A stretch of 64,000 nucleotides of DNA from Calothrix sp. NIES-4101 (GCA_004296455.1 AP018280.1:5442794-5506793), one strand, 5' to 3'; shown: positions 49,154-61,615, counted from the first letter of the stretch. Notes: generated by a model from the letters alone, not told the origin. Translations and numbers: made by a program.

Positions 49154-50362
49154 TTAAATCAAGACTCCAGCGATCGCAGATGTAATAAATCCTGCCAACA
49201 AACCACCAATCATCGATTTTACACCCATTCTGGCTAAATCGTGCTGACGGTGCGGTGCCATTCCAGAAATACCACCAATTGTGATTCCAATTGAACCAAT
49301 ATTGGCAAAGTTACATAAAGCATAGGTAGCAATAATAATCCCACGTTGGGAAATTTTATTTTGGGCAATTAGCTCTTTTAAATCTAAATAAGCGAGAAAC
49401 TCATTTAAAATCGTCTTTTTACCTAACAATGTTCCCACCTGCATACAATCTTGCCACGGCACACCCATAAAAAATGCCACAGGAGCCATGACAAAAGATA
49501 AAATCCACTCCAAAGATAGCTGCGGTAAACCAATACGGGCACCAAACCAAGCAAATATGGCATTGACAACAGCCAGCAGCCCCAGGAAAGCAATAATCAT
49601 CACTCCGACGTTTACCGCTAGCTTCACTCCATCAATTGCCCCCGTACTTGCCGCATCAACAGCATTAACATAGTTGCTTTTGACACCCATCTTCACATTA
49701 CCCGCAGTATTGGGAATTTCGGTTTCTGGATATAACAATTTTGACACCACTAATGCGGTTGGTGCAGTCATAAAAAATGCGGCGACTAAATGTTCTGGAG
49801 GTGCACCAAATGACAAGTAAGCTCCGAGAACACCACCTGCAACTGTGGCAAATCCCCCAGTCATAACCGCAAATAACTCCGATTGCGTCATATGTGCAAC
49901 ATAAGGCTTGACTATTAATGGTGATTCAGTGGGACCCAAAAATATATTGCCAGCTGTCGAAAGGGACTCGGCACCCGATGTTTTCATCGTTTTCATCATC
50001 ACCCATGCGAAGGCATTCACAACCACCTGCAAAATACCGTAGTGGTACATGACGCTGATGAAGGAAGAGAAAAAGATAATCGTCGGTAGTAGCTGGAAAG
50101 CAAAAAAGTGGTCTTTAAAGCTGTCACCAAAGACAAATTTTGCCCCAACATCTGAATATGACATGAAATTAGTCACAATATCACCCAGGGATTTAAATAC
50201 CTTTAACCCCCACGGAGTTTTGAGAATGAGAATAGCAAAGGCAAATTCTAAACCCAACCCCCAGGCGATCGTTCGCCATTTAATTGCTCTACGGTTGACT
50301 GAAAGGGCGTAACATATACCAATAAAAACTAGTATCCCCAATGCAGATATTGCACGTTCCAT
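49154..50362 (-). CDS. NupC-family concentrative nucleoside transporter.
   Basis: Conserved CNT segments are present (..GNIFLGPTESPLIVKPY.., ..MTGGFATVAGGVLGAY..). Length is 402 aa. Confidence 0.85.
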   Translation of the reverse strand: MERAISALGILVFIGICYALSVNRRAIKWRTIAWGLGLEFAFAILILKTPWGLKVFKSLGDIVTNFMSYSDVGAKFVFGDSFKDHFFAFQLLPTIIFFSSFISVMYHYGILQVVVNAFAWVMMKTMKTSGAESLSTAGNIFLGPTESPLIVKPYVAHMTQSELFAVMTGGFATVAGGVLGAYLSFGAPPEHLVAAFFMTAPTALVVSKLLYPETEIPNTAGNVKMGVKSNYVNAVDAASTGAIDGVKLAVNVGVMIIAFLGLLAVVNAIFAWFGARIGLPQLSLEWILSFVMAPVAFFMGVPWQDCMQVGTLLGKKTILNEFLAYLDLKELIAQNKISQRGIIIATYALCNFANIGSIGITIGGISGMAPHRQHDLARMGVKSMIGGLLAGFITSAIAGVLI

Positions 50363-50470
50363 AATGATTCCAAAAAATGCACCGCTAAAACTTTAAGCTA
50401 AAAAGGATACAATGGCGATAAAAGTTTTTGTTGTATCATTCATGTCTAAATTTATTTGCCAATCCTTGTT

Positions 50471-52801
50471 CTAACTATGAGTCTGTCGATGTTGCTGAGA
50501 AATAGGAATTTGGATCAAAAATTTTGTGCCTTTTCCAGGGGTGGAAATACATTCTAATTTCCCGTGATGTTTTTGGGTGATGATTTGATAGCTGATGGAC
50601 ATACCCATACCCGTACCTTTACCAACGGGTTTAGTTGTAAAAAATGGGTCAAAAATCTGCTTACGAACATCCTCTGACATGCCAATTCCATTATCTGCGA
50701 TCGCAATTTCTACCCACTGGCAATTAATTACAGCAGTGCTAATAGTAATAGTAGGTTGTTCATTCGCACTTTGTGTGACACTAGTAGCAAATGACTCTTC
50801 TAAAGCATCAATTGCATTGACAATAACATTCATAAAAACTTGGTTTAGTTGCCCGGCATAGCATTCTAAACGGGGTAATTGCTCATAATTTTTGCTCAGA
50901 TTGATAGTGGGAAAATGCGATTTATGCTTCAACCGATGTTGCAAAATTAGTAAAGTACTTTCGATTCCTTCATGAATATCAACTAATTTCATTTCCGCTT
51001 CATCTAAACGGGAGAAATTCCGCAATGAGAGAACGATTTCTCGAATACGTTCTGTACCTACTCTCATTGATGAGAGTATTTTGCCTAAATCTTCTTCAAT
51101 AAATATTAAATCTATTTTTTTCAAATAATTTTCAATTAGTAAATTCGGTTGGGGATATTCGCTTTGGTAAAGTTGAACTAAATTGATTAAATCTTGAGTA
51201 TAGTTATCTAAATAGTCAAGATTCCCATGAATAAAATTGACTGGATTATTGATTTCATGTGCTACCCCAGCAACCATTTGACCCAAGCTTGACATCTTTT
51301 CCGATTGAATCATCTGTGCCTGGGTTTGTTGTAATTCTTGGAGAGTATTTTGCAGTTCTGCGGTACGCTCTTCAACTCGATTTTCTAATTGGTTATTGGT
51401 TTCTGCTAAAGCAATAAACGACTCCTGTAATTGCTGTGACATACGATTAAAGGCGAGATTTAAAATATGTACTTCATTAATATTTGAAGATTTCAGATTG
51501 TAATTGAATTCTCCAGATGTCAGAGCTTCCGCAGCCTGGCTTAATTTTAAAATTGGTTGAGTAATCCGATGGGAAGTATAAATTCCTACAGAGGTCGCCA
51601 TCACTAATGCTCCCAAACATAGGAGTATAGTTATACGAGTGTTAGCATGAATCTGTGCCATGAAATCTGATTCAGGTACAGCTACAACCACTAGCCAATC
51701 TAAACCGTATTTATCTCGCCAAGGTTTGACCTGGACAAAGTGTTTTTCTCCATTTAAGGAAATGTTGATCTTCTGTTCGTGATAAATATTTTCCAGGCGA
51801 TGAAAGCGTTTTTTTAACTCAATCGCAACATTACGAATTAGAGGATTAGGGCTATCAGTCACGTTATAGCGTTGAACTTGCTTATTTACCTGATGCAGAA
51901 TCGGATAGTTACTCGAACTACCCATTAATTGTCCATCCCGTTCAATAATAAATACTTGTCCAGAGGGACTAATTTGCAACTGACGCAGAAAATCGCTAAT
52001 GCTAGTTAGCATTAAATCGATACTGGAAACACCAATCAATTGACGATTATTATTATAGATTGGTGCGGCAACAGAAATCGCCACATAATAGTCCAGTCCA
52101 TTCCCACCACTGGGTATCTTCCCTTCTGCGACTAATGCTTTTCCAGTCTCAGTGAATTGTAGGTTCAAATCCTCACTAATTTCCACCTTACCCCAAATCA
52201 GCTTTTCTGTTTTAATCGCATCCTGATACCAAGATTCACTCTGAGCATTATAATTATATCTTTGTAAAACCTGAGTACGATTTCCCTTCTCATCAGGGAT
52301 GTAATCAACAGCATTACCTTTTCCTCCCCGGTTTTCGTAGAGTACTACATCAATTCCCTTAACCCAACGTCCGGCTCCTGCTTCCCTACCATTATTTAAG
52401 GTATAACCAATGTAGGTAATATTTTTAAAAGCTTTAAGTTGTCTCCAAAAATAACGTCCGCTAGTAATTGGATTCTCAACATTTAACTCCTGATTGGCAA
52501 TTGCATCTACATTGATTTGCGTTAATTGTATCGGTAGAGTTAAATATGACTCCAAATGATTATCAACCTGTTTACTAGCTCTATCAATAAGTTGATTTGC
52601 AAAGTCATGTACAGTCTGCTGTCCATTTTTCGCCGAAAGATATCCCACCAATCCCACAGCCGCAAAGATTTGTAACACAAAGGGGAAAATCAGAATTAGA
52701 GGTAAGCTCAGAGGTTTATCTGACTTTTTAGGGTGCTTTTTGAGAATCTTCAACAGCATAACTGAGGATATTTTGGCATTAGTGCCACAGATATTGATCA
52801 A
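50471..52801 (-). CDS. Sensor histidine kinase with a large periplasmic (Cache-like) sensor, a HAMP domain and a HisKA/HATPase_c core.
   Basis: It has two TM segments flanking a roughly 330-aa extracytoplasmic region, an H-box [11 protein letters not shown], an N-box, and G-boxes (DNGIGM, GTGMGM). The start may be an internal Met. Confidence 0.8.
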   Translation of the reverse strand: MINICGTNAKISSVMLLKILKKHPKKSDKPLSLPLILIFPFVLQIFAAVGLVGYLSAKNGQQTVHDFANQLIDRASKQVDNHLESYLTLPIQLTQINVDAIANQELNVENPITSGRYFWRQLKAFKNITYIGYTLNNGREAGAGRWVKGIDVVLYENRGGKGNAVDYIPDEKGNRTQVLQRYNYNAQSESWYQDAIKTEKLIWGKVEISEDLNLQFTETGKALVAEGKIPSGGNGLDYYVAISVAAPIYNNNRQLIGVSSIDLMLTSISDFLRQLQISPSGQVFIIERDGQLMGSSSNYPILHQVNKQVQRYNVTDSPNPLIRNVAIELKKRFHRLENIYHEQKINISLNGEKHFVQVKPWRDKYGLDWLVVVAVPESDFMAQIHANTRITILLCLGALVMATSVGIYTSHRITQPILKLSQAAEALTSGEFNYNLKSSNINEVHILNLAFNRMSQQLQESFIALAETNNQLENRVEERTAELQNTLQELQQTQAQMIQSEKMSSLGQMVAGVAHEINNPVNFIHGNLDYLDNYTQDLINLVQLYQSEYPQPNLLIENYLKKIDLIFIEEDLGKILSSMRVGTERIREIVLSLRNFSRLDEAEMKLVDIHEGIESTLLILQHRLKHKSHFPTINLSKNYEQLPRLECYAGQLNQVFMNVIVNAIDALEESFATSVTQSANEQPTITISTAVINCQWVEIAIADNGIGMSEDVRKQIFDPFFTTKPVGKGTGMGMSISYQIITQKHHGKLECISTPGKGTKFLIQIPISQQHRQTHS

Positions 52802-52988
52802 TCTATAATTCCCATCAGATGTTTCAAAACATCATTTATTACAATTGTTCAGGATGTTGCTGACACTCAAATCTTTGCTTCCCGTTCGTTATCTACCTTC
52901 TACACCGTAGGTAAACCAAGTAGGTAGGTTTAATAATCCAAAGAGAGCGCACTGCGCTCTCTTTACTAATTGGGAACTTGCTTCTGTT

Positions 52989-54845
52989 TTACTTTGTTGA
53001 TGGTTCCGGTTTTTTCTGTTCGTTCTCTGGTTTTTTAACTTCAGGACATTTTTTTTCGTCTTCCCGACATTCTTTAGCTAGCTTTATTACTGCTTTTGCT
53101 TTTTCCCGCATTTCTTGATGCTTGGCAACCCCTTCATAAGCGTAACGATTATAACCTCCACTAGAAATCAAGTCTTCGAGATAACGAACTCGTTCATTTC
53201 CTCCTGGGTGTGATGATGCCCAAGTTGGGGGAGCATTTTTTTGTTGTTGTTTCAGTGTCACCATCAGGTTTCGTAACCCATCTGCTGCATAATCTGATGC
53301 TACAAGCAAGCGAGTTCCTAATACATCAGCTTGTCGCTCCATATCCCGACTGTAGCTTAATCCAAATAGTTGTCCAATTGTTCCACCCAAGGGTAAATAC
53401 TGAGTGACATTAGAAATTAAGTTACCTTGAGTAACTAATTGGAACCCATGAGAGAGGACAACGTGGGATAATTCATGACCGATTAATCCAGCGAGTTCAG
53501 CTTCAGATTTAGCTTTAGCGATCGCACCTGCATTAATAAATATTTTGCCACCAGGTAAGGCAAATGCATTTAAATCAGCTTCGGGAATCACAAAAAACTC
53601 ATATTTAAATTCATTTCGTCCGGCGACTTTGGCAAGTTTCTGTCCAATATCGTTAACATAGGCATTAACTTCTTCGTCTTTGACTAAGTCAAGTTGTTTC
53701 CTCGCTTGTTTAGCAACAGACTCACCGATTGATTCTTCTCCTTGGAGGAGTAATATAGTCGAATCTAATGCCGAAAATGGCCCCAAGAGACTACCTGTCA
53801 CCGCATAACCCAAAGCACCCGTGATAATGTTAGCGATCGCATTACCGCGAATTTCCCCTCTGATATAGGATTTATAGCGTTTAATATTGGTTTCTGCTAA
53901 TTTCGTAAACTCTGGTGCGAGGGGATCATTTTGGTTGAGCATTGCATATTGACGCGCAGCTAAGGCAGCCTCCATAAATTTTTTCTCATCTGCTAATGCC
54001 GCTACCCTCGACCTCACTAAATCTGGTTGATTTGGGTATAGTGTTGCAGCCCTTTCTAATACCTGTAAAGCCTCTTTTTTACGTTTGTAATTTGTTAAAG
54101 CTTCTGCATATTTAAGATGCCCCGGTATAAATTCTGGAACCTGTTTAACTAATAGTTCTAAAGGAACTAAAGTTCGAGTTTCTAATTTAGAAAGAATTCC
54201 CGCTTCTGCTTCGCGCCAGTATACTTTACCTGCTGGTGGTAATTGTGTGGCATCTGTAATTGCAGGTTGACGCTGTTCGGTATTACTATTTGTTAACTGT
54301 TTGAAAGGTTCTTTGACTTCGCGGTAAATTTTTTCAGATTCTGCAATATTTCCCGCCAAATATAATTTATCAGCCTCAATTAATTTTTGCTGGCGGGCAA
54401 TTTCTTCGGGAGTTGGAGCCGGTTCTTCAGCTTTATCATCGGGGTTTTTCTTTTGGTTATCTTCTGTTTCCGGTTTTTTATGACTTTCTTCTTGATTGGG
54501 GGACTCAGGTTTTGTTGACTGCTCTGGTTTTTGATTATCTTCTTTTGTTTTTATTGTTGGTAAATCATCTAAACTAATTGATGTTTTTATATTTTGTTTA
54601 TCTCGTTGATTGTTTGTCTCACTTTCATAAACGGAGGTAAAAGTATCTTGGGGACTCGTTTCTCGGAAAACGGGATGGAAAACTTCCTGGGATGTTTCGA
54701 TATTGGCTACAGTGCTTTCGGGTGCAACAGTTTCTTGGGCGGGAGAGATTAAAGGCTCCGTCAGAATCACTAAAATAGATGTTCCCAACGAGAGTAAAAA
54801 CCAGCTAGCACTTAAAAATATTGGTTTCCAGCGTCTTCTATTCAT
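52989..54845 (-). CDS. M48-family zinc metalloprotease with TPR repeats and an N-terminal TM anchor.
   Basis: HExxH is present as GHELSHVVLSH. There is a downstream Glu-containing region and a K/E/P-rich low-complexity N-terminal region. Confidence 0.75.
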   Translation of the reverse strand: MNRRRWKPIFLSASWFLLSLGTSILVILTEPLISPAQETVAPESTVANIETSQEVFHPVFRETSPQDTFTSVYESETNNQRDKQNIKTSISLDDLPTIKTKEDNQKPEQSTKPESPNQEESHKKPETEDNQKKNPDDKAEEPAPTPEEIARQQKLIEADKLYLAGNIAESEKIYREVKEPFKQLTNSNTEQRQPAITDATQLPPAGKVYWREAEAGILSKLETRTLVPLELLVKQVPEFIPGHLKYAEALTNYKRKKEALQVLERAATLYPNQPDLVRSRVAALADEKKFMEAALAARQYAMLNQNDPLAPEFTKLAETNIKRYKSYIRGEIRGNAIANIITGALGYAVTGSLLGPFSALDSTILLLQGEESIGESVAKQARKQLDLVKDEEVNAYVNDIGQKLAKVAGRNEFKYEFFVIPEADLNAFALPGGKIFINAGAIAKAKSEAELAGLIGHELSHVVLSHGFQLVTQGNLISNVTQYLPLGGTIGQLFGLSYSRDMERQADVLGTRLLVASDYAADGLRNLMVTLKQQQKNAPPTWASSHPGGNERVRYLEDLISSGGYNRYAYEGVAKHQEMREKAKAVIKLAKECREDEKKCPEVKKPENEQKKPEPSTK

Positions 54846-55250
54846 GCAGGTACTACCTATACACTCATGCTCTTTTTACACTTTAGGCGGAGAAAAGAAG
54901 CTTTGACCATTTCCTACCAAAAGTTCATATCAATGCTAGGGAAAACATTAATTTTCTGATTTAAATTCATAACTTATATGGATAGTCTCAAAAATTTAGG
55001 TTGCAAAAAATGTAACCAATCACAATCTCCACTTAGTGAATGTCAAAGTAAGAAGATAAGACAGATTAATGATTTAAGGCTAATTCAAAACAGTAAAGGC
55101 AGAAATTTTTTACTTGCTTTTACCAGATGATAGTGTATTGGATATATCTGATATGCTCAATACTTGCATTGGTGAGTAATGTGATTGCGGCTTAAGTTAT
55201 TTTACAGTCTTGACTAAACCTAATTTTTTTGAATTGAGGAGTGAGATTCT

Positions 55251-56015
55251 ATGAATAAGCTTGTTGTGTCGAGTTCTCAAATGATTAATACTGGTAAGAT
55301 TCATGCTGGAAATGCTTGGAAAACTTTACCAATTGCCTTATTGCTATGTGTCAGTTTTGTCCAACCGAGTTGGGCACAAAAAAAAGAACGAATGTTTAAA
55401 ACGTTAACTGTGAGTGGACGAGGCGTAGAGTCGATCCCCACAACGCGATCGCAAGTTAATGTAGGTGTAGAAGTACAAGGTAAAGATGTCAAAAATGTCC
55501 AAGAGGAAGCTGCACGTCGTTCATCTGCTGTCGTGGAGTTGTTGAAGTCACGTAATGTCGAAAAGTTACAAACAACTGGGATTAATTTAAATCCTGTTTA
55601 TAGCTACACCAATAATGTCCAGAAAATCACTGGTTATAGTGCAACAAATACTGTTAGTTTCCGTGTTGCCACCGAAAAGACAGGTACTCTACTTGATGAT
55701 GTCGTCAAAGCCGGAGCGACTCGCATAGATAGCATTAGTTTTGCTGCAACTGATGAAGCCATTTCACAAGCACAGAAACAAGCATTGCAAAAGGCAACCC
55801 AAGATGCCAAATCACAAGCTGATGCAGTGTTTGCGACTCTCGGCTTCAAAGCCAAAGAAATAGTTAGCATTCAACTAAATGGCGCAAACACCCCACCTCC
55901 TCGCCCGATGCTGGAAGCTCGTAGTGCTGATGCCTTTAAAAATTCTGCTTCAACCCCTGTCGTGGGCGGAGAACAGCAGGTTGAAGCATCAGTGACATTG
56001 CAGATTAGTTATTAG
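55251..56015 (+). CDS. SIMPL-domain (DUF541) periplasmic protein.
   Basis: It has a signal peptide and a sequence pattern typical of the 26-kDa periplasmic immunogenic protein family. Confidence 0.7.
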   Translation: MNKLVVSSSQMINTGKIHAGNAWKTLPIALLLCVSFVQPSWAQKKERMFKTLTVSGRGVESIPTTRSQVNVGVEVQGKDVKNVQEEAARRSSAVVELLKSRNVEKLQTTGINLNPVYSYTNNVQKITGYSATNTVSFRVATEKTGTLLDDVVKAGATRIDSISFAATDEAISQAQKQALQKATQDAKSQADAVFATLGFKAKEIVSIQLNGANTPPPRPMLEARSADAFKNSASTPVVGGEQQVEASVTLQISY

Positions 56016-56109
56016 TTATCTAGCTATTTATTAAGAGGTAGCTGGTTATTACTTGTCTGTTAATAACGGCTACCTACTCAGATTTCATCATTCAAGACGA
56101 GTTCACAAA

Positions 56110-56472
56110 TTAAAAATTGTCTGAGTTGTAATCGTCTATGCCGCCCTTATTATCCCCCTTAGAGCCAAGTAAATCGAGCTGCTCTACATTGATAATTGGT
56201 TTAGTACGATTTGTACCCGTATTGCGATCGCTCCAGGAATCAAATTTTAACGCCCCCTTAATGCCGATTAAACTGCCTCTTTTGACATAGTTCCCGGCAA
56301 TTTCTGCGGTTTTGCCCCAAATTTCTAACTCAAACCAGTCAGGTTCATCGGTTTTCGACGACCTTTTTCTGACTGCTAAAGTCAATCGACATTTAACCTT
56401 ACCCGAATCAAAATACTTCATTTCTGGGTCGCCACCCACACGACCCACCAACGTGACAACATTTATACTCAT
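56110..56472 (-). CDS. ssb: Single-stranded DNA-binding protein.
   Basis: The OB-fold N-terminus MSINVVTLVGRVGGDPEMKYFDSGKVKCRLTLAV is present, and the C-terminal acidic tip is DDYNSDNF. Confidence 0.85.
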   Translation of the reverse strand: MSINVVTLVGRVGGDPEMKYFDSGKVKCRLTLAVRKRSSKTDEPDWFELEIWGKTAEIAGNYVKRGSLIGIKGALKFDSWSDRNTGTNRTKPIINVEQLDLLGSKGDNKGGIDDYNSDNF

Positions 56473-56901
56473 GTGCGTTACCTTTCAGTACAAGCGTACT
56501 CTGAATCGATAACCCCCATCATAGCGAATTATCAAGAAAGAATACACAATAGTTTTTGTATGAGTTATGAAGGGTTTAGCTGATTATTTCTAACTTCTAT
56601 ATTCTGTCGCTTAAAGTTCTGACTTTAATAATTGTAAAAACTGTGTTAAACCAATAACAAACCTATTGACATAGAAAAATTGGTAAAAATTACTCCCAGA
56701 ATATACGAAATCCTTACGGATATACCGATAGAGATGGAGAATATCAAAATGTAGAGACTGGAACTAAGTAAAGATTGCCAAAAGTTCTATGAAAAATAGC
56801 CTGGTTTACTAGACTCAGAGTCAAAAAAGTAATAGAATCCAGCACGATTCACTCTTAACGGTCGCAGTCAAAAGTATCGCAAATGGGGGGCGTAGAAGCG
56901 C

Positions 56902-57945
56902 GTGGGTCTTTTTAATAAGTTTTCCTTGTCGCGGGATATGGGTATCGATTTAGGTACCGCGAACACCCTTGTTTACGTATCTGGTAAAGGCATTGTACTC
57001 CAAGAACCATCGGTCGTTGCTATCGACCAAAACGAAAAAGTGGCGCTGGCTGTTGGAGAAGATGCCAAAAAAATGCTCGGTCGGACACCTGGAAATGTGG
57101 TTGCCCTCCGCCCCTTGCGCGATGGCGTAATCGCTGACTTTGATACCGCCGAGCTGATGTTAAAACACTTCATCCAGCGCGTTAACGAAGGGAAAACATT
57201 GGTTTTGCCAAGAATTGTTATTGGCATTCCTAGTGGGGTAACTGGTGTTGAGCGTCGGGCTGTTATGGATGCAGCCACACAGGCAGGAGCCAGAGAGGTA
57301 TACCTAATTGATGAACCAGTTGCAGCCGCGATCGGTGCGGGGTTACCCGTTGCCGATCCGACAGGCAATATGATTATCGACATTGGTGGTGGTACTACCG
57401 AAGTCGCAGTTTTGAGTCTTCAAGGTACCGTGCTGAGTGAATCGGTACGTATCGCAGGAGATGAATTAACTGAGTCAATCATTCAGTATTTGAAGAAAGT
57501 TCATAACTTAGTGATTGGCGAACGTACCGCTGAAGATATCAAGATTCGTATCGGTTCGGCTTATCCCACCGTCGATGACGAAGAAGCCATTATGGAAGTA
57601 CGGGGTTTACATTTGTTGTCAGGTTTACCACGTACCGTGACAATCAAAGGCCCGGAGATTCGCGAAAGTATGTCAGAACCGCTATCGGTAATTATTGAAG
57701 CCGTGAAGCGGACTTTGGAACGTACACCTCCCGAACTCGCATCCGATATTATCGACAGAGGTATTATGTTGGCTGGTGGTGGTGCATTACTCAAAGGTAT
57801 TGATACCTTAATCAGTCATGAAACTGGTATTGTTACGCATATTGCATCAGACCCTTTAAGTTGTGTTGTTCTCGGTACTGGTCGTGTACTCGAAAACTTC
57901 AAACAACATGAACGGGTATTCAGTGCTCGTTCTCGAAATATGTAG
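56902..57945 (+). CDS. mreB: Rod shape-determining protein MreB (GTG start).
   Basis: There are full-length actin-like ATPase motifs ([15 protein letters not shown]). Confidence 0.9.
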   Translation: MGLFNKFSLSRDMGIDLGTANTLVYVSGKGIVLQEPSVVAIDQNEKVALAVGEDAKKMLGRTPGNVVALRPLRDGVIADFDTAELMLKHFIQRVNEGKTLVLPRIVIGIPSGVTGVERRAVMDAATQAGAREVYLIDEPVAAAIGAGLPVADPTGNMIIDIGGGTTEVAVLSLQGTVLSESVRIAGDELTESIIQYLKKVHNLVIGERTAEDIKIRIGSAYPTVDDEEAIMEVRGLHLLSGLPRTVTIKGPEIRESMSEPLSVIIEAVKRTLERTPPELASDIIDRGIMLAGGGALLKGIDTLISHETGIVTHIASDPLSCVVLGTGRVLENFKQHERVFSARSRNM

Positions 57946-58049
57946 GACAAAATGCAGCTAAAGATATTGGATTCTACAAAGAATCCAATATCTTTACACT
58001 ATCAATTTATAGTTTGTATAGTTGGTAAAAAGTTATATAAAAGGTATAT

Positions 58050-58862
58050 ATGTTTACAGCACGTTGGTGGGAGCGTAGAGGGTTGCAGATTGGTCTACTG
58101 TGTTTAGCTGCTGGTACTACCATTGTATTACGGCAAACTCAGGGTTCGCTATTAATGGAAGCATATGGGGTTATTACCCGTCCACTTCAGATGTTACAAA
58201 CTGGGCCCACTAAAGAAGAACGACTGCGCGATGCTCGAATTTTAGAATTAAAAACTCAAATTGTAGAATTACAATTCCAAAATCAAAAACTCAAACAAAT
58301 TGTATCTTATACAGAAAAAGCGGCAATTCAAGAACGTCCTGTAGTTGCTAGAGTCATTGGTCGTAGCGCTGATAATTGGTGGCAACAAGTTACCCTGAAT
58401 CGTGGTAGTTCGTCAGGTGTTCAGGAAGGTTCGATTGTCAAAGCGGAAGGTGGCTTAGTTGGTCTAGTAGATCAAGTGACAGCTAATTCTAGTCGTGTTT
58501 TGTTAGTTAGCGACTTAAAAAGTCAGATCGGTGTAAATGTTAGCCAAAGTGGTGCTAAAGGGGTTTTGAAGGGTGACGGTTCCGCAGAAGCAGTGCTCGA
58601 ATTTTATGAGAAAGTACCCAATGCCAAAATTGGGCATATGGTTGCCACATCAAATTACAGTCAAAAATTCCCAGCAGGCGTGGCGATCGGTAAAATCAAG
58701 TCTCTGGATTTAAAACGAGTACCAACATCGATCGCCAAAATTGAGCTTTCTCCACCGCTTCGTTCGCTAGATTGGGTAGAAATTTATCCCAAACCAGAAA
58801 TTCAACAGGAAAAGACTGAGGTCAATAATTCTCCAGCCAAGTCTGAAGAACCTGCAAAATAG
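58050..58862 (+). CDS. mreC: Rod shape-determining protein MreC.
   Basis: It has an N-terminal TM segment and coiled coil, with a C-terminal beta-domain. It sits immediately downstream of mreB. Confidence 0.8.
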   Translation: MFTARWWERRGLQIGLLCLAAGTTIVLRQTQGSLLMEAYGVITRPLQMLQTGPTKEERLRDARILELKTQIVELQFQNQKLKQIVSYTEKAAIQERPVVARVIGRSADNWWQQVTLNRGSSSGVQEGSIVKAEGGLVGLVDQVTANSSRVLLVSDLKSQIGVNVSQSGAKGVLKGDGSAEAVLEFYEKVPNAKIGHMVATSNYSQKFPAGVAIGKIKSLDLKRVPTSIAKIELSPPLRSLDWVEIYPKPEIQQEKTEVNNSPAKSEEPAK

Positions 58863-58885
58863 CTTCTCATAATTCCACCAAGACT

Positions 58886-59557
58886 ATGAAAACCCTCGCA
58901 TTTTTGGGCAAAAGACGCAGCAAAACGTCTAAACCCTATTCGTCTTCACCCCAGCGTAAATCAAAGCAACAACCGCGCAAATCGCGAACTACAGGGCTGT
59001 TTAAGATCAAAATTAAGCCGATCGCCAGGTGGAATCCTCGTACTCGTCAAATCGTGGATTACTCACTGATATTTTTCACCGTACTTTTGTGTTTGATACT
59101 GCTACCAAATCGTTTACCTGGTATGGAATTGCTAGGGATTGGTCCAAATTGGTTATTAATTTGGGTTGTGGTTTGGAGTGTGAAGCGAAATGCTTGGCAG
59201 GGGGCTGTTGCAGGAATAATTTTAGGCTTTCTTCAAGATGCAATGACATATAGTGACCCGACTCACGCCTTAAGCTTGGGTTTGGTTGGGTTTTTGACTG
59301 GGTTAATGCAAAAACAGCGATTTATTCAAGAGGATTTTATTTCTATTGCTTTGATTGTTTTTGTCATGTCTGCTTTTGGAGAAGCTATTTTTGCCTCGCA
59401 GTTGGTAATGGCTGGCGATCGCAATCCGACTGATATCTGGGCATATTATCAAAGGGTTGCTCTCGCTTCAGCTATCCTCAGTAGTCTTTGGGCTCCTGTG
59501 GTTTATTATCCCCTCAATCGCTGGTGGCAAAAGTTAAAATTGGCGGAACAAAATTAA
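58886..59557 (+). CDS. mreD: Rod shape-determining protein MreD. The start may be an internal Met, because the N-terminal 50 aa are basic and low-complexity.
   Basis: It is a polytopic membrane protein in the third position of the mre operon. Confidence 0.65.
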   Translation: MKTLAFLGKRRSKTSKPYSSSPQRKSKQQPRKSRTTGLFKIKIKPIARWNPRTRQIVDYSLIFFTVLLCLILLPNRLPGMELLGIGPNWLLIWVVVWSVKRNAWQGAVAGIILGFLQDAMTYSDPTHALSLGLVGFLTGLMQKQRFIQEDFISIALIVFVMSAFGEAIFASQLVMAGDRNPTDIWAYYQRVALASAILSSLWAPVVYYPLNRWWQKLKLAEQN

Positions 59558-59600
59558 GTGATTTGTTAAGGAAAGTGAATTAAATCAAGTGCAAAAGTAA

Positions 59601-59640
59601 GGTGCTGTTAGCGCAGCGTAACGCACCATTTTATATTCCT
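59601..59640 (+). terminator. Hairpin plus T-rich terminator candidate after mreD.
   Basis: GGTGC..GCACC with additional inner pairing, followed by ATTTTATATT. Confidence 0.45.
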
Positions 59641-59711
59641 TCATAATTGAGTGAAATTAATATCCCCGACTTTAACAAAGCCAGGGATATTAAATTTAAT
59701 TCATGATTTAT

Positions 59712-61397
59712 TTACTTAACAATTCCCAAAACTTGCGAAGTTTCTACTGTCGCAATTTTGGGTGTTAACAATCCATTGGCATAAATTCCTGGACTTGTTT
59801 CTGCTATTTGTGTGTAGGATTGGCGAACTTGAGCATTCACTGCAACTGTTTTCACATCATACATTTGCATTGTTAATTTGGGATACAAGCCGATGCCAAT
59901 TATTAAGACGATAAAACTAGCTGCAATGAATATTTCTCGTGGACTAGCATCTCTATAAATAGCCTGGGTGGGAAGGATACAATCCGTACCAAAACAAACT
60001 GCTTCTTCATCTTCTGGATTTTGTACTACAACATCGCCAATATTACATGTGAGTTTTGATCCAGTTCCATAAAATACCTGTTTTAACATTGAGAGCAGGT
60101 AAATCGGGGTTAAAATAACTCCCACTGCGGCAAGAAACACTGTCACCGTACAAAATGTCGAACTGTAGATATCGCTAGTTGTTAAACCGACAAATACCGA
60201 TATTTCACTGGCAAAACCGCTCATTCCAGGTAATGCTAGCGATGCCATTGCCCCAATTGTAAATAAGGCGAATACCTTTGGCATTACTTGACCAATCCCA
60301 CCCATTTCATCCATTGCCATTGTGTGGGTGCGGTCATAGGTGACACCAGCAAGGAAGAATAATACTGATGCAATTAAACCATGGGAAATCATCTGCAACA
60401 TTGCACCATTAATGCCAATGTCGGTAAAGGATGCAATTCCTAGCAGTACAAAACCCATATGGGATACTGAAGAGTAGGCAAGACGACGTTTCATATTTGT
60501 TTGGGCAAATGAATTCAACGCGCCGTAGATAATATTAACTACACCTAAAATTGCCAAAATTGGTGCAAAGTATATATGTGCATCAGATAGGAGTTCTAAA
60601 TTTAGACGAATTAATCCGTATCCACCCATTTTTAAGAGTACGCCTGCCAACACCATCGATACAGGTGAGGATGCTTCACCGTGAGCATCAGGTAACCAAG
60701 TATGCATCGGAAAAATCGCCAGTTTAACACCAAAGGCAATCAACAATCCGGCATACAGGAATAGTTCTAAGGCAAGGGGATAATCTTTAATAGCAAGTTT
60801 GGCAATATCAAATGTGACATCTCCACCACCGTAGAGTCCCATTCCCAAGGCAGCTATGAGGATAAAAATAGAAGCAGCTGCGGTGTAAATAATAAATTTT
60901 GTGGCTGCGTAACGACGCTTTTGACCACCCCAAATATTAATAAGTAGATAAACGGGAACTAATTCGACTTCCCACATAATGAAAAATAGTAGCAAATCTT
61001 GGGCGACAAAAACTCCTATTTGCGCGGCATATAACATTAACATTAGCGCGTAGAAAAGTTTGGGTCTGCGGTCAACTTGCCAAGCAGAGAAAATAGCCAG
61101 TGTTGTCACAAATCCAGCTAAAAGCACTAGAGGTGCTGATAAACCATCGACAGAAACAGCCCAGTTCAAACCTAACTGAGGTACCCAAGCATAGTTTTCT
61201 GCGAGTTGAAAAGTAGCGCTGCTGGGATCGTAATTCTTCCAAAGGGCGTAGCACATCAAGATAAAATCTGCGATCGCCACACCTAATGCATACCATCGTA
61301 CCCGTTTACCATCTTTGTCAGGTAATACTGGGATTAGTAAGGAAGCTACGGCAGGCAGCAGGATGATCGCAGTTAGCCAAGGAAATTGTTCTGCCAT
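59712..61397 (-). CDS. ndhD: NAD(P)H-quinone oxidoreductase subunit 4 (NDH-1 subunit D).
   Basis: The family match runs the full length of a 561-aa NuoM/NdhD antiporter-like subunit. Confidence 0.9.
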   Translation of the reverse strand: MAEQFPWLTAIILLPAVASLLIPVLPDKDGKRVRWYALGVAIADFILMCYALWKNYDPSSATFQLAENYAWVPQLGLNWAVSVDGLSAPLVLLAGFVTTLAIFSAWQVDRRPKLFYALMLMLYAAQIGVFVAQDLLLFFIMWEVELVPVYLLINIWGGQKRRYAATKFIIYTAAASIFILIAALGMGLYGGGDVTFDIAKLAIKDYPLALELFLYAGLLIAFGVKLAIFPMHTWLPDAHGEASSPVSMVLAGVLLKMGGYGLIRLNLELLSDAHIYFAPILAILGVVNIIYGALNSFAQTNMKRRLAYSSVSHMGFVLLGIASFTDIGINGAMLQMISHGLIASVLFFLAGVTYDRTHTMAMDEMGGIGQVMPKVFALFTIGAMASLALPGMSGFASEISVFVGLTTSDIYSSTFCTVTVFLAAVGVILTPIYLLSMLKQVFYGTGSKLTCNIGDVVVQNPEDEEAVCFGTDCILPTQAIYRDASPREIFIAASFIVLIIGIGLYPKLTMQMYDVKTVAVNAQVRQSYTQIAETSPGIYANGLLTPKIATVETSQVLGIVK

Positions 61398-61533
61398 TGT
61401 TATTTCTGAGCAAAAATACTTATTTCTTTAATGAATCCATATTATCGCCTTTTCTCAACAATTGTTCATAATTATTTATTGGGGTTAACAATAAGGAAAA
61501 ATACTCATTCTTATTTTCTTGGCTATCCATAGA

Positions 61534-61567
61534 GAAAATGAAAAAAGCCCCCGCTTTTAACGGAGGC
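61534..61567 (-). terminator. Intrinsic terminator 3' of psbC.
   Basis: On the minus strand: GCCTCCG, loop ttaaaag, CGGGGGC, then TTTTTTCATTTTC. Confidence 0.6.
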
Positions 61568-61615
61568 TAAATTAACGATTATCAGTGATGAAAGAAATCT
61601 AGAAAAATTTCCGAA

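Noticed and set aside
56057-56094. Long hairpin between the SIMPL gene and ssb, considered as a bidirectional terminator.
   Set aside because: The stem is good (GGTAGC..GTTATTA / TAATAAC..GCTACC), but neither side has a convincing T-run. I left it unannotated.
61072-61296. 74-aa minus-strand ORF.
   Set aside because: It is an alternative frame inside ndhD.
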